Below, one piece after another: positions 51,908 through 62,386 of a stretch of DNA of 64,000 nt; positions within the stretch are counted from its first letter, which is position 1; each line of letters begins with the position of its first letter. A model generated the notes under the pieces. It was not told the DNA's origin. It worked only from the letters and a program-made list of their open reading frames with translations, and did no database searches. Both the position numbers and the translations under genes were made by a program. The stretch spans positions 5,889-69,888 of the forward strand of contig CAZMGU010000001.1 of NCBI GenBank assembly GCA_964565905.1. Reading direction: 5' to 3'. The stretch comes from an uncultured Halobacteriales archaeon (GTDB lineage: Archaea; Halobacteriota; Halobacteria; Halobacteriales; Haloarculaceae).

Positions 51908-54900
51908 TCAGGAGAGGATCGTTTCGAGGAGTTTCTGCTGGGCCTTCCGCAGGTGCTGGTGGAAGGTGGGGGCGCTGACGTCGAGGGACTCCGCGACCTC
52001 CTCGCCGGAGCTCTCGCGGGGCCACTCGAAGAAGCCCGCATGGAAACTGGCCTCCAGGGCGGCCCGCTGGCGCTCGGTCAGTTCCTCGGTGAGCGCCCGC
52101 TCGATCCCTCGCTCCTCGTCGTCGCGGTGGACCTGCTGGCGCGCCACCATCTCGGCCGTCTCGTAGGCGTCCTGGATGGCGTCGACGGTCTGGCGGACGT
52201 CGGCCGTCGGCGGCAGGTGTATCGTCACGTGCATCGAACCGTCCTCGATGACCGCCTCGTCGATGTAGCCGCCGCGGTCCGCGACGGCCGAGACCAGCGG
52301 CGGTTCGGAGAGGCGGAGTTCGAACCGGTGCTCGTCGAACCGCTCGCCCACGACGGTGCACTCCTCCCAGTGGGGGAGTTCGTCGACGAGTTTCTCGACG
52401 GCGTCGATCCCGCCGCCGACGGCGGTCCCGTACTGCAGGAACTCGTCGTCACCGATGGCGACGACGTCCTCGAACGTGGCCCGTCCCTCCGTCGGCCCCG
52501 CGTAGCCGACCTCCGCGAGGAGGTTCTCCATCCTGATCTCGAGTTCGACCACCTCGTCGCTCATGAGCGCGCGCTTGCGCTCGACGGCCGCGATGGCGTG
52601 GCCGACTATCTCCCCGAGCTGGGCGACCACCTCGCGCTCCTCGTCGGCGAACGCACCCACGCGGTCGGTGTAGACGCCCAGCACGCCGTAGAGGTTGTCC
52701 CCGTAGACGACCGGTATCGCCGCCGTACTCCGGAAGTCGTACGCCTCGGCGACGTCCCGCCACGGCTCGTACGCCGGGTCGGCCAGGGCGTCGTTCGTGA
52801 CCTGTATCTCCGTCGTCCGCGCCGCCCGTCCCGTCGGCCCCTGGCCCTCCGGCGCGTCGTCGTCGACGGACACGTCGACCTCGTCGAGGTAGCCGTCGAC
52901 GCCGGCCTCGGCACGGGGTTCGACGGTGCCGGTCCGCGGGTCGACCGCCGCTATCCACGCGAACCGGTAGGAGTCGGAGTCCGCGAGTCGCTCGCACACC
53001 GTCCGTTCGATCTGGTCGCGAGTGGACTGCTCGACGAGCGCCTCGTTGATGTCCCGGACGACGCCGTTGATGTCGTCCAGGGCGGCGAGGTGTGCGCGCT
53101 GTTCCTCCAGTTCCACCTCGCGTTCGCGGCGGTCGATGGCCGTGGCGAGCACGTTGGCGACCGACTGGACGAACAGCGCGTCGTTCTCCGAGAACTCGCG
53201 GGGTTCGGTGTCGTGGATACCGAGGACGCCCCACGGATCCGTCGGCGACCCGATGACGACGCTGATGCCGCTCTCGACGGCGTGGTCGACGAGCAGGTCG
53301 GGTCCCGCGAACCGCTCCTCGGCGGCCATGTCCTCGACGACGACGGGTTCGTCCGCCAGCAGGGTGTAGCCGGCCTGTGAATCCCGGTCGACGTCGACGG
53401 TGGCCGTCCCGACGTACCCCTCGTTCCAGCCGACGCCCGACCGGAGGCGCAGTTCCTCCGACTCCCGGTCGAGGTCGAGCACCTTGCAGTACTCGCTGTC
53501 GAGGGCGTCGGCGACGCGCTCGACGGCGTCCGCGAAGAGGTCGTCGAGTTCCGGGTTGCCGAGCGCGCGCCGCCCCAGGTCCGCGACGACGCCGTGCTGG
53601 TCGACGCGCGTCTGCAGTTCCCGCTCGCGTTCGACCCGTGCCGTGACGTCCTGTGACATCCCCAGCGCGGCGAACACCTCGCAGTCGTCGTCCCGGACCG
53701 GGACGAACCTGAGTTTGTACACCGTGCCCTCGACCTCTATCTCGTCGGTCGTCTCCACGCCGTCCAGCGCGCGCCGGTAGTGCGGGACGAACACCTCGGC
53801 CAGTTCGGGCGGTAGTTCCTCGTCGACGTGCGTCCCCACCAGCGCGTCCGCGGACAGGTTCGGTTCGGCGATGAACTCCCCGCCGACAGTGAGGTAGCGC
53901 ATCTCCCGGTCGACCATCGCGACGGCCCCGTTCGGGAAGTTCTCGACGACGGTCCGGTAGCGCCGGCGGGACTCCTCGAGTTCCCGCTCGCGTTCGATCC
54001 GTTCGGTGAGGTCGCGGACGACGCCGACCCTGCCGGCGGTTCCGCCGTTCCCGGGCAGCGCGCTGAAGTTGCTCTCGGCGGGCAGGCGAGTACCGTCGGC
54101 CCGGTGAATGTCGGCCTCGACGGTCGCGCCGTCGCTGTGCTCCGCGATGGTCTCCTCGACCCGCCTCGCGGACTCCTGGCTCACCTCGTCACCGAGGACG
54201 AGCGAGCAGTGGCTCCCGAGCAGTTCCTCGCGGTCGTAGCCGGTCATCTCGGCGTACGCCTCGTTGACCTTCTCGAACCGGAACTCCTCGTCGAGGACGT
54301 AGACGCCGTCCTGGACCGTCTCGACGATGGTCTCGTACTCCTCGAGTTCCCGCTCGCGCTCGACCCGTTCCGTGACGTCGATGGCGAAACTGAGTCCCCC
54401 GGAGACGTCGCCCGCGTCGTCGCGTATCGGGAGCGCCCACACCCGGAACACGTCCGTCCCGAACCGGACCTCGGTGCTCCCGGGCGTCCCGTCGAGCGCG
54501 TCCCGGTACAGCGACTCGACGTCGGCGGACGCGTCGTCGACGACCTCGGTCACGTGCTCCCCCTCCAGCGCGTCCGGGTCGAGGCCGACGTCCTCCCATA
54601 TCGCCCCCTCGACCAGCGTGAACTCCAGGGAGTCGTCGTAGACGCCGACCGCGCCGTCCGGGAAGTTCTCCGCGAGCGTCCGGTAGCGTCGTTCGGCCTC
54701 CTCGCGTCGCCGCTCGCGCTCGACGCGTTCGTACGCCGCCTCGGCGTTCGCTGCGAGTATCCGCACCAGCCGACGCGTCCGCTCGTCGGGGGCCTCCCCT
54801 TCGGGCCACCCGACGACGAGGACGCCGTGGTCGTCCATCGGGACGAACAGGCCGGCCTCCATGTCCACCTCGGCGGGGTCGGCCAGCAGGTGCTCCGACT

Positions 54901-57787
54901 CGCGGACGTCGTCGTAGTAGTTCGCCTCGCCCTCGCGGAAGGTGTGCCCGACGATACTCGAGTGGTCGGCCGGGAAGTCGGGCAACGTCTCCCGCATCGG
55001 TCCGGCCTCGACCGAGCGCTCGTCCAGTACGAGCGCGTCATCGGTCGCGTCGTAGCGGTAGGCGGCCACGCCCTCCAGGTCGAGCACCGACGTCGCGGCG
55101 TCGATGACCGTCCGGCTGACGTCGCTCTTCGTCTCCGAGCGGATGAGTTCGCGCGAGGACTCGTGGAGCGTCTGCAGCGTCTCCTCGAACTGGTCGCGCT
55201 CCAGTTCGTAGCTCACCCACTGTCCCATCAGGTCGAGAAAGGTTCGCTGGGCGTCGTCGAAGGAGTCGGCCCGCGCTTCCCGGTCCACGAAGCACAGCGT
55301 CCCGTAGCGGTCGTTGCCGACGGTCACCTCGACGCCGAGGTAACAGGCGAACCCCAGGTCGCGGTAGAGCGGGTCCTCCTCCCACCCCGACGCCACGACG
55401 TCCTCGACGCCGACCGGCCCGTCGGAACCGATCGACCGCCGACAGTAGTGGCCGGGGTCCGGACTGACCGTCGTGACGCCCTCCTCGACGTCGACGGCCC
55501 CCGCGGCGTTCATCACCCGTAGCTCGTCGCCCTCGTCCCGGGTGAGGAGACCGACGTCAAGCCCGAAGCGCTCGCGCCCCAGGTCGATCAACTGGTCGAC
55601 CTTCTCGTCGAACGGGACGTCGCCGCTCGCGGTGACCTCGTACAGTTCGCGCTGGTAGCGCTCCCGCTCCTTCCGCTCGGTCACGTCCCGGGTGTACACG
55701 ACGACGCCGTCGATGGTCGGGTCGTCGAGGAGGTTCCGCGCCCTGGCCTCCAGCACGACCCAGGAGCCGTCGGCGTGCCGGAACCGGAACTCGACGACCG
55801 GCGAGCGGTCCGGGTCCTCGACGACGTCTCCCAATCGCTCGCGTATCTCCTCGCGGTCGTCGGGGTGGACGTAGTCGAACGCGCGTTCGCCGGCCAGTTC
55901 CCCGGGTTCGTAGCCGAGGACGTGCTCCGTCGACGGCGGGAGGTAGCCGAACGTCCCGTCCGGGTCGATGACGGCGTTGACGTCCTGGGACTCGGTGAAC
56001 AGCGTCTCGTAGCGCTCCAGTACGCGCTCGCGGCGCTTCCGCTCGGTGACGTCCCTGAAGTAGACGGAGAGCCCCGATTCCGACGGGTAGGCGTCCACCT
56101 CGAAGCACGTCTCCAGTGGCGGGTAGTGCGCCTCGAAGTGGACGGCCTCCTGAGTCTCCATCGCCTCGCGCAGGCGTTCCTCGCTCGACGTCCCGGCCGC
56201 GTCCTCGAACACGTCCCAGATGGTCGCACCGAGGAACTCCCCCTCGTCCCGGCCGAGCACGTCCTCTGCGCGCTCGTTGACGTACGTGAACCGCCACTCG
56301 TCGTCGAGGCCGAAGAAGGCGTTCGAGACGCGCTCGAACATCTCGTCGAGTTCGCTCTCCAGGTCGTCGTGCCGGGCCGCCAGCCGTTCGGCCTGCTCCC
56401 TGATCTGCGTGACGTCGCTGCCGGAGACGACGACCTCCTCGACGTCGCCGTCGTCGTCGGTCAGCGGGGCCGCGTTGACGGCGAACCAGCGACGGCTCCC
56501 GTCCGGCAACTCGACCTGGCAGTGCCAGTCGCTCACCGGTTCCCCCGTCTCGAACACCTCCACGTACGGGCGCTCCTCGACGGGGACCCGGTCGCCCGAC
56601 GCGTCGTACACGTCGTCCGAGGCGAGTCCGTACGAGCCGTCGTCGCCGTCCGTGCCGAACCAGCCGTCGCCCCCGTCGTTTACCCGCAGGAACTCCCCGT
56701 CGGGTGAGACGACGCCGATTCGCGACGGAACGACGTCGAGCGTCCGTTCGAGGAGGTTCCGCTCCTCCTGGATCTGTCGTTCCCACTCGTGGCGGTCGGT
56801 GATGTCACGGGTCACCTTCGCGAAGCCGCGCAACTCGCCGTCGTCGTCGCGGATCGGGGTGGTAGTCACGTTCGCCCAGAACCGCGACCCGTCGGCGCGG
56901 ACGCGCCACCCCTCGTCCTCGACCGACCCCTCCTGGAGCGCCTGGGAGAGGTTCTCCTTCGGGACGCCCGCTTCGACGTCCTCGTCGGTGTAGAACGTCG
57001 AGAAGTGTTCGCCGAGGATCTCGCTCTCGTCGTACCCCTTGATCCGCTCGGCGCCGCGGTTCCAGCTGATGACGTGGCCGTCCGGGTCGAGCGTGAAGAT
57101 GGCGTACTCCGTCGTCGCCTCGACGAGCGACCTGAACAGTCGTTCCTCGTCGCCGTCGTCCGCTGGCGTCGGCCCGGTCCGGTCGGTGACGTCGGTGAAG
57201 AACTCGACGTGCCCGCCCGCGTAGCGGCCGCCGTCGATGGGTTCGACCGCGTGGCGGAGCCTGGTGACCGGTTCGTCCGCCCCGGGGCGCAGTTCGAACG
57301 CGAACGGGTCGTCCCCCGGCGCGTCGCCGGCGCGCGCCGCCAGTTCCTCGACCGTCTCCGCGTCGGCGCGGTCGTCGAGGGCCGCCCGGAGGAACTCGTC
57401 CCGGGCCCGACCGACCGCGGCCGACCGGTCGACGCCGAACCACTCCGACGCGGCGTCGTCGACCCACGCCACCGTCTCCTCCGCGTCGACGATGACCACG
57501 CCCTCCCGGTCGGCGTCGCTCCCGGACTCCGCGTCCGGGGTGAATCCGGGTGCGTCCCCCGTCGCCCCGGCGTCGTCGGCCAGCCACCAGATACGGCTCC
57601 GCTCGTCCACCTGCTTCGTCTCCAGCACCCCCTCCGAGGCGAGTTCGTCGAGTCCCCCGTGGGCCGTCCCTCGCGAGCAGTCGAGCGACGCGGCCACCTC
57701 GCCCGTCGTCAGCGGTTCGCGGGACGAACCCCGGGACCGGAAGGCGGCGAGAAGCTCGCGATGGCCGTCCCGGTTCCTGCTTACCAT
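51908..57787 (-). CDS. Giant PAS/GAF one-component regulator (1959 aa) with N-terminal HTH and C-terminal Bat-type HTH
   Basis: N-terminal EPLTTGEVAASLDCSRGTA; about 8 PAS/PAC units (D[VI]T.R..RE endings); several GAFs; LTERQRAALEASFHAGFFEWPRESSGEEVAESL; no kinase motifs. Confidence 0.9.
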   Translation of the reverse strand: MVSRNRDGHRELLAAFRSRGSSREPLTTGEVAASLDCSRGTAHGGLDELASEGVLETKQVDERSRIWWLADDAGATGDAPGFTPDAESGSDADREGVVIVDAEETVAWVDDAASEWFGVDRSAAVGRARDEFLRAALDDRADAETVEELAARAGDAPGDDPFAFELRPGADEPVTRLRHAVEPIDGGRYAGGHVEFFTDVTDRTGPTPADDGDEERLFRSLVEATTEYAIFTLDPDGHVISWNRGAERIKGYDESEILGEHFSTFYTDEDVEAGVPKENLSQALQEGSVEDEGWRVRADGSRFWANVTTTPIRDDDGELRGFAKVTRDITDRHEWERQIQEERNLLERTLDVVPSRIGVVSPDGEFLRVNDGGDGWFGTDGDDGSYGLASDDVYDASGDRVPVEERPYVEVFETGEPVSDWHCQVELPDGSRRWFAVNAAPLTDDDGDVEEVVVSGSDVTQIREQAERLAARHDDLESELDEMFERVSNAFFGLDDEWRFTYVNERAEDVLGRDEGEFLGATIWDVFEDAAGTSSEERLREAMETQEAVHFEAHYPPLETCFEVDAYPSESGLSVYFRDVTERKRRERVLERYETLFTESQDVNAVIDPDGTFGYLPPSTEHVLGYEPGELAGERAFDYVHPDDREEIRERLGDVVEDPDRSPVVEFRFRHADGSWVVLEARARNLLDDPTIDGVVVYTRDVTERKERERYQRELYEVTASGDVPFDEKVDQLIDLGRERFGLDVGLLTRDEGDELRVMNAAGAVDVEEGVTTVSPDPGHYCRRSIGSDGPVGVEDVVASGWEEDPLYRDLGFACYLGVEVTVGNDRYGTLCFVDREARADSFDDAQRTFLDLMGQWVSYELERDQFEETLQTLHESSRELIRSETKSDVSRTVIDAATSVLDLEGVAAYRYDATDDALVLDERSVEAGPMRETLPDFPADHSSIVGHTFREGEANYYDDVRESEHLLADPAEVDMEAGLFVPMDDHGVLVVGWPEGEAPDERTRRLVRILAANAEAAYERVERERRREEAERRYRTLAENFPDGAVGVYDDSLEFTLVEGAIWEDVGLDPDALEGEHVTEVVDDASADVESLYRDALDGTPGSTEVRFGTDVFRVWALPIRDDAGDVSGGLSFAIDVTERVERERELEEYETIVETVQDGVYVLDEEFRFEKVNEAYAEMTGYDREELLGSHCSLVLGDEVSQESARRVEETIAEHSDGATVEADIHRADGTRLPAESNFSALPGNGGTAGRVGVVRDLTERIERERELEESRRRYRTVVENFPNGAVAMVDREMRYLTVGGEFIAEPNLSADALVGTHVDEELPPELAEVFVPHYRRALDGVETTDEIEVEGTVYKLRFVPVRDDDCEVFAALGMSQDVTARVERERELQTRVDQHGVVADLGRRALGNPELDDLFADAVERVADALDSEYCKVLDLDRESEELRLRSGVGWNEGYVGTATVDVDRDSQAGYTLLADEPVVVEDMAAEERFAGPDLLVDHAVESGISVVIGSPTDPWGVLGIHDTEPREFSENDALFVQSVANVLATAIDRREREVELEEQRAHLAALDDINGVVRDINEALVEQSTRDQIERTVCERLADSDSYRFAWIAAVDPRTGTVEPRAEAGVDGYLDEVDVSVDDDAPEGQGPTGRAARTTEIQVTNDALADPAYEPWRDVAEAYDFRSTAAIPVVYGDNLYGVLGVYTDRVGAFADEEREVVAQLGEIVGHAIAAVERKRALMSDEVVELEIRMENLLAEVGYAGPTEGRATFEDVVAIGDDEFLQYGTAVGGGIDAVEKLVDELPHWEECTVVGERFDEHRFELRLSEPPLVSAVADRGGYIDEAVIEDGSMHVTIHLPPTADVRQTVDAIQDAYETAEMVARQQVHRDDEERGIERALTEELTERQRAALEASFHAGFFEWPRESSGEEVAESLDVSAPTFHQHLRKAQQKLLETILS

Positions 57788-57963
57788 GCCCCAGTATGGC
57801 TCGGTCCGTCCTTATCTAACCTGTGTTAACGGTAACAGGTTGCAGCTACCTCGCAACGACGTCACCGGTATCCGTCTCTCGCTGGTAAACTTCTGCGAGT
57901 CCGGCGACGCACCGCGATTGCCGGTTCCGGCAGGGTAAACCCCACACTCGCGTACGTCCCGCC

Positions 57964-59058
57964 ATGACAGTGGATATCATCCTGGTCGGGACGGGGAACC
58001 AGGGCGAGGCGTGGTGCCGGGACTTCCTCCCGCCGAACGAGGCCGACGACACGGTGGCGGTCGTGGCGGCGGTCGACACCGACGAGGCGGCGCTCGAACG
58101 CGGCCGGGAGTTGCTCGACCTCTCCCCGGACCGCTGTTACGCGTCCGCCGAGGCGGCCGTGGCCGAGCGCGACGCGGACGCCCTGGCGCTCGTCGTCCCG
58201 CCGCACGTCCGCGAACCGCTCGTCGACCTCGCGGTCGAGCACGGCCTGGACCTCCTCTGCGAGAAACCCCTGGCCGACACGATGCCGGCGGCGGCCCGCA
58301 TCGTCCGGAAGACGGAGGAGGCGGGCCTGAACGTCGGCGTGACGATGACCCAGCGCTTCCGGCGGGACGTGACGACGCTGCGCCGCCGGATCCGCTCGGG
58401 CGACCACGGCGACGTCGACGCCCTCTACTGCCGCTACGCCATCAACGCCCGCTCCCACGGCACCTGGAAGCCCGAGCGCCTCTACGACGAGGCGTACTAC
58501 CCCATGCTGGTCGAGGGAGCGGTCCACCACCTGGACCTGCTCGCCGACCTGGCGGGCGACCGGGTCCGGACCGTCTTCTGCAACTCCTGGAACCCCACCC
58601 ACTCCGAGTTCGCAGGCGACCCGAACGCGACCGTCCAGCTAGTGATGGAGAACGGCACCAGCGTCAGTTACGAGGGGCTGAACACGGTCGCCGCGACGTT
58701 CAACGGGTGGGGCGACGAACACGTCCGGGCCGACTGCGTCGACGGGACCCTGATGCTCGACGGCGGCGAACTCCGCGCGTTCCCCTACGAGCGCGAGGAG
58801 GAGGACTTCGTCGGCAACGCACGCTTCGAGGACGGCGACCCCGTCGCGCTCGACGAGCGGGAGAAGTGGGGCAACGCGTGGCTCGTCGAGCAGTTCGCGG
58901 ACTGGTGCGAGGGCGGCGACCCCATGGAGACGAGCGCCCGCGACAACCTCCGGACGATGGCCGTCGTCTTCGCCGCCGTCGAGAGCGCGGAGACGGGCGA
59001 GGCGGTCGACGTCGGGTCGCTGCTGGCCGACGCGAAGGCCGAGGCGGCCGACGACTAG
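57964..59058 (+). CDS. Gfo/Idh/MocA oxidoreductase
   Basis: [23 protein letters not shown]. Confidence 0.9.
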   Translation: MTVDIILVGTGNQGEAWCRDFLPPNEADDTVAVVAAVDTDEAALERGRELLDLSPDRCYASAEAAVAERDADALALVVPPHVREPLVDLAVEHGLDLLCEKPLADTMPAAARIVRKTEEAGLNVGVTMTQRFRRDVTTLRRRIRSGDHGDVDALYCRYAINARSHGTWKPERLYDEAYYPMLVEGAVHHLDLLADLAGDRVRTVFCNSWNPTHSEFAGDPNATVQLVMENGTSVSYEGLNTVAATFNGWGDEHVRADCVDGTLMLDGGELRAFPYEREEEDFVGNARFEDGDPVALDEREKWGNAWLVEQFADWCEGGDPMETSARDNLRTMAVVFAAVESAETGEAVDVGSLLADAKAEAADD

Positions 59059-59795
59059 TCTCCGTCGTACCCTTCGATGTCCTCGCGCGGTTCCACGTTC
59101 TCCAGCGACGGCGTCTCTCGCTCCTCGACCGTCGGACTCGCCCACTCGGCGGCGTTCGCGAGGACCTGCTGAATCTCCGGGTCGTGATAGATCGGATGGG
59201 TCTCGTGGCCGGGGCGGAAGAAGAACACCCGGCCCTTGCCGCGACGCCAGCAACACCCCGACCGGAACACCTCGCCGCCCTCGAACCAGGAGGTGAACAC
59301 GACGGAGTCGGGGCCGGGGACGTCGAACGGTTCCCCGTACATCTCCGCCTCCGGGAGTTCGATGCAGTCGTCGATACCGTCGGCGATGGGGTGGCCCGGT
59401 TCGGTCACCCACAGGCGTTCGCGCTCGTCGGCCTCCCGCCACTTCAGCGTCCCCGTGGTTCCCAGCAGCGACCGGAACGGCTTCGAGAGCGACGAGGAGT
59501 GGAGGAGTATCAGCCCCATCCCGCCGAGCACCGCGTCGGCGACGCGTGCGACCACCTCGTCGCTCACCTCGTCGTGGGCGGTGTGGCCCCACCAGACGAG
59601 GACGTCCGTTGCCGCGAGCACGGACTCCGTCAGCCCGTGTTCGGGGTCCTGGAGCGTCGCCGTCTCGGTGTCGAACCCGCGCTCGGCCAGCGCGTCGGCT
59701 ATCGTCGCGTGGATGCCGTCCGGGTAGACGTCCGCGACGGTGTCGTCTTCCCGTTCGTGGACGAACTCGTTCCAGACCGTGACTGTGGTCGCCAT
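59055..59795 (-). CDS. ThuA-domain (trehalose utilisation-like) protein
   Basis: [47 protein letters not shown]. Confidence 0.92.
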   Translation of the reverse strand: MATTVTVWNEFVHEREDDTVADVYPDGIHATIADALAERGFDTETATLQDPEHGLTESVLAATDVLVWWGHTAHDEVSDEVVARVADAVLGGMGLILLHSSSLSKPFRSLLGTTGTLKWREADERERLWVTEPGHPIADGIDDCIELPEAEMYGEPFDVPGPDSVVFTSWFEGGEVFRSGCCWRRGKGRVFFFRPGHETHPIYHDPEIQQVLANAAEWASPTVEERETPSLENVEPREDIEGYDGD

Positions 59796-59889
59796 ACCGC
59801 CGTCAGGGTCGACCGCTCAAAACGAGTTCCTGAAGCGGCAAGGCCGGGGCGACGACGCGAGAAGCGGAGCACCGTCGCCACGCGCCCGC

Positions 59890-60252
59890 TCACTCTATCT
59901 CGACGTTCCCCTTCGAGTCCCATATCTCGGCCATCAGTTCGGCGAACTCCGCCGTCCGTGCGGGGTACCCCTCGGCCGTCTCCCGGTCGAGCGGTTCGGC
60001 GGCTATCTTCTTGACGAAGGAGGCGTCGTAGTCCATGTCGTCGATGGTCTCGCGGACGTCGAAGGAGAGGGTGCCGTCCGGGTCGGTCCGGAGCCAGCGG
60101 GCCGCCTTGACGGCGTCCTCCTCGTACTCGATGGTGTAGCTGTCGCCGCCGAGTATCTCGCAGACGTCGGCCATCGAACCGACCTCCAGGTCGTCGCCCT
60201 CGGCCTCGATGTAGAGCGTGTCGTCCTCGATGCGGGTGTCGTAGCGGTCCAT
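59890..60252 (-). CDS. Hypothetical acidic protein
   Basis: Halophile-like ORF; probable start MDRYDTR at 60252. Confidence 0.7.
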   Translation of the reverse strand: MDRYDTRIEDDTLYIEAEGDDLEVGSMADVCEILGGDSYTIEYEEDAVKAARWLRTDPDGTLSFDVRETIDDMDYDASFVKKIAAEPLDRETAEGYPARTAEFAELMAEIWDSKGNVEIE

Positions 60253-60333
60253 GTGGTCGATGGGGAGAGCCACGGAGTAAGACGTTTTCCTTCGCCCGCG
60301 CGCGGCGGCGTCGGACTCGACCCCGTCGTCCGG

Positions 60334-60987
60334 TCAGTCGCCAGCCCCGACCGCCTCGTCGTTCCCGTCGCAGTCACAGCCGCCGCGTTCGAGCAGTTCC
60401 GCGACGGCGTACCGGGACCCGCAGCGCTCGCAGCGGACGTCGACGCCGACGAACAGGTCGAACTCGTCGAGCGTGATCCGGTCGGTGTCGCGCAACTGTT
60501 CGAGGTTGCTCTCGACGACGGAGTGTAGCCGGTACCGCAACCGCTCGATGCTCCGTTCGGTCCGTTCGAGGCGGTCCTCGTCGCTCGTCCCCTCGTACTC
60601 CGCCCCGCGTTCGTCCCGGAGGTACGACCGGATGGCCTGGTAGGTGACGAAGTCCCGCTCCAGCTGGTCGACGTCGACCCCTTCGCGAGCGAGGCGGTTG
60701 CGGACCTCGGTTCGCGTCCCGGCGGTGACGTCGTCCGCCGTCAGCAACCGGAACACGTTGTCCACTTCGCCGTCGAGCGTCGCGGTGCCGGCCTCGCGCA
60801 ACGCCGTCGCGACCAGTCGGCGGTTGAACTCCGCTGCCAGGTCGCGGAGGCTCTTCCGGTCGTCGCCGTCGTCGGTCCAGGCGGTCTCGAGTTCGGTACC
60901 GTAGTCGGCCCCGAGGTCGTACTCGTCGATGAGCCGACCGACCTTCGTTCGCGGCGTCTCGCCGGATCCGTCGCTCCGAGATGGCAT
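60334..60987 (-). CDS. rdfA: Rod-determining factor RdfA-like protein
   Basis: KVGRLIDEYDL, SLRDLAAEFNRRL, FVTYQAIRSYL, C-terminal CERCG...GGCDC. Confidence 0.8.
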   Translation of the reverse strand: MPSRSDGSGETPRTKVGRLIDEYDLGADYGTELETAWTDDGDDRKSLRDLAAEFNRRLVATALREAGTATLDGEVDNVFRLLTADDVTAGTRTEVRNRLAREGVDVDQLERDFVTYQAIRSYLRDERGAEYEGTSDEDRLERTERSIERLRYRLHSVVESNLEQLRDTDRITLDEFDLFVGVDVRCERCGSRYAVAELLERGGCDCDGNDEAVGAGD

Positions 60988-61087
60988 CCGTCGGAGATAG
61001 CGGATCACCACACCTTAACTTTGTGATGGCTTCCACCCGTTCGACGGGTGACGCCCCCGGCGGAGACGGTCGGCCGGTACGCTCGCG

Positions 61088-61525
61088 CTACTCGATGTCG
61101 ATGTCGTGGCCCCCCTCCTCGGGCGTGACTTTCGGGACGGTGAGCGTGAGGACGCCGTTCTCCATCGTCGCCGTGACGTCGTCGACGTCGACGGGTTCGG
61201 GCAGGTGGACGCGCCGGGAGACGGACCGGTGGCCCCGCTCCCGGTGGACGAACTCCGCCTCCTCGACGTTCGTCTCCTCGCTTCGCTCGGCGTCGAGGTA
61301 CAGCGTCTGGTCCACGACCCGGAGGTCGACGTCCTCCGGCCGGTAGCCCGGGAGGTCCGCCGTCACCTGGAACTCCTCGCCCCGGTCCGCGACGTCTATC
61401 GAGGCGCTCCCGCCGCCGAGTTGCTGCGGACTCCAGTCCTCCCACTGCCGGGAGGCCTCCTCGAACTGCTGGCCCATCCTGTCGAACAGTCGCTCTATCT
61501 CGTCGAACGGCGTGCGTCCGGACAT
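61088..61525 (-). CDS. Hsp20/alpha-crystallin small heat-shock protein
   Basis: PFDEIERLF, ADLPG, NGVLTLTVPK; start MSGRTP at 61525. Confidence 0.93.
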   Translation of the reverse strand: MSGRTPFDEIERLFDRMGQQFEEASRQWEDWSPQQLGGGSASIDVADRGEEFQVTADLPGYRPEDVDLRVVDQTLYLDAERSEETNVEEAEFVHRERGHRSVSRRVHLPEPVDVDDVTATMENGVLTLTVPKVTPEEGGHDIDIE

Positions 61526-61751
61526 GTCCGTCACTTCGCACGGGTCGACCTTTGTTACGACGCCGCTAGACCGCCAGCTGGACCTTCCGTCGGTGACCGT
61601 CCCATGAGCGTCGCCGGGGTCGCCGGCGTCCACCGGCCCGGTGACGCGGAAAGTTCGCGTTACCGCTGGTGACCGGCGACCCGCGCGGACAGGTGACTTC
61701 CACGTCACTGGCCCGTTTTTCAGTCTACGGGGCGTAGCCCGACGCACTCAC

Positions 61752-62384
61752 ATGGCAAACGACCAGTCTGCGACGGACGAAGCCCCCGTCACCGCGACGC
61801 CGCCCGAGTCGGCGTTCCACACGACGGGGCTCGACCACGTCACCATCATCGGGAGCAACGAGGAGGACACCATCGAGTTCTACCGCGACGTGCTGGGAAT
61901 GCCGCTCGTCCTCCGCCAGCCGAACCTGGACGCGCCGAACGTCACGCACCTCTTCTTCGACACCGGCGACGGTCGCATCCTCACCTTCTTCGTCGAGGAC
62001 GACCGCGACTCCAGCAGACAGCCGCTGCGGACGCCGATGGGCGGTGTCCACCACGTCTCGTTCAAGGTGGACCCGGAGCGCTTCGAGGAGGTGAAGTCGG
62101 GCCTCGCGGACAACGGCTACCAGTACAACGAGTTCGACCGCGGCATCTTCCACTCGCTGTACACCCGCGACCACAACGGCCTCACCATCGAGCTCTCGAC
62201 GGACAAGTACGACGTTCCGGACGACCGGCGCGGCGAGGTGCTCGCCCTCGCCCAGTCCAAGCGCGTCGCGGACGGCGCGGAGTACGCGAAGGCGGAACAC
62301 CTCCGGGCCGCGCTGGACGAACTGGGACTCGACACCGACGTCGTCGACGTCGGCGACGCGGCGACGGGCGCGGGGGTGGAGTGA
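61752..62384 (+). CDS. VOC/glyoxalase-family protein
   Basis: GLDHVT, FYRDVLG, NLDAP..THLFF, GGVHHVSF, SLYTRDHNGLTIEL; start ATG 61752. Confidence 0.9.
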   Translation: MANDQSATDEAPVTATPPESAFHTTGLDHVTIIGSNEEDTIEFYRDVLGMPLVLRQPNLDAPNVTHLFFDTGDGRILTFFVEDDRDSSRQPLRTPMGGVHHVSFKVDPERFEEVKSGLADNGYQYNEFDRGIFHSLYTRDHNGLTIELSTDKYDVPDDRRGEVLALAQSKRVADGAEYAKAEHLRAALDELGLDTDVVDVGDAATGAGVE

Positions 62385-62386
62385 CG

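Noticed and set aside
47611-57787. Bat-type regulators as evidence of a rhodopsin/light regulon
   Set aside because: No opsin or retinal genes in the window, and no LOV NCRFLQ motif in the PAS domains.
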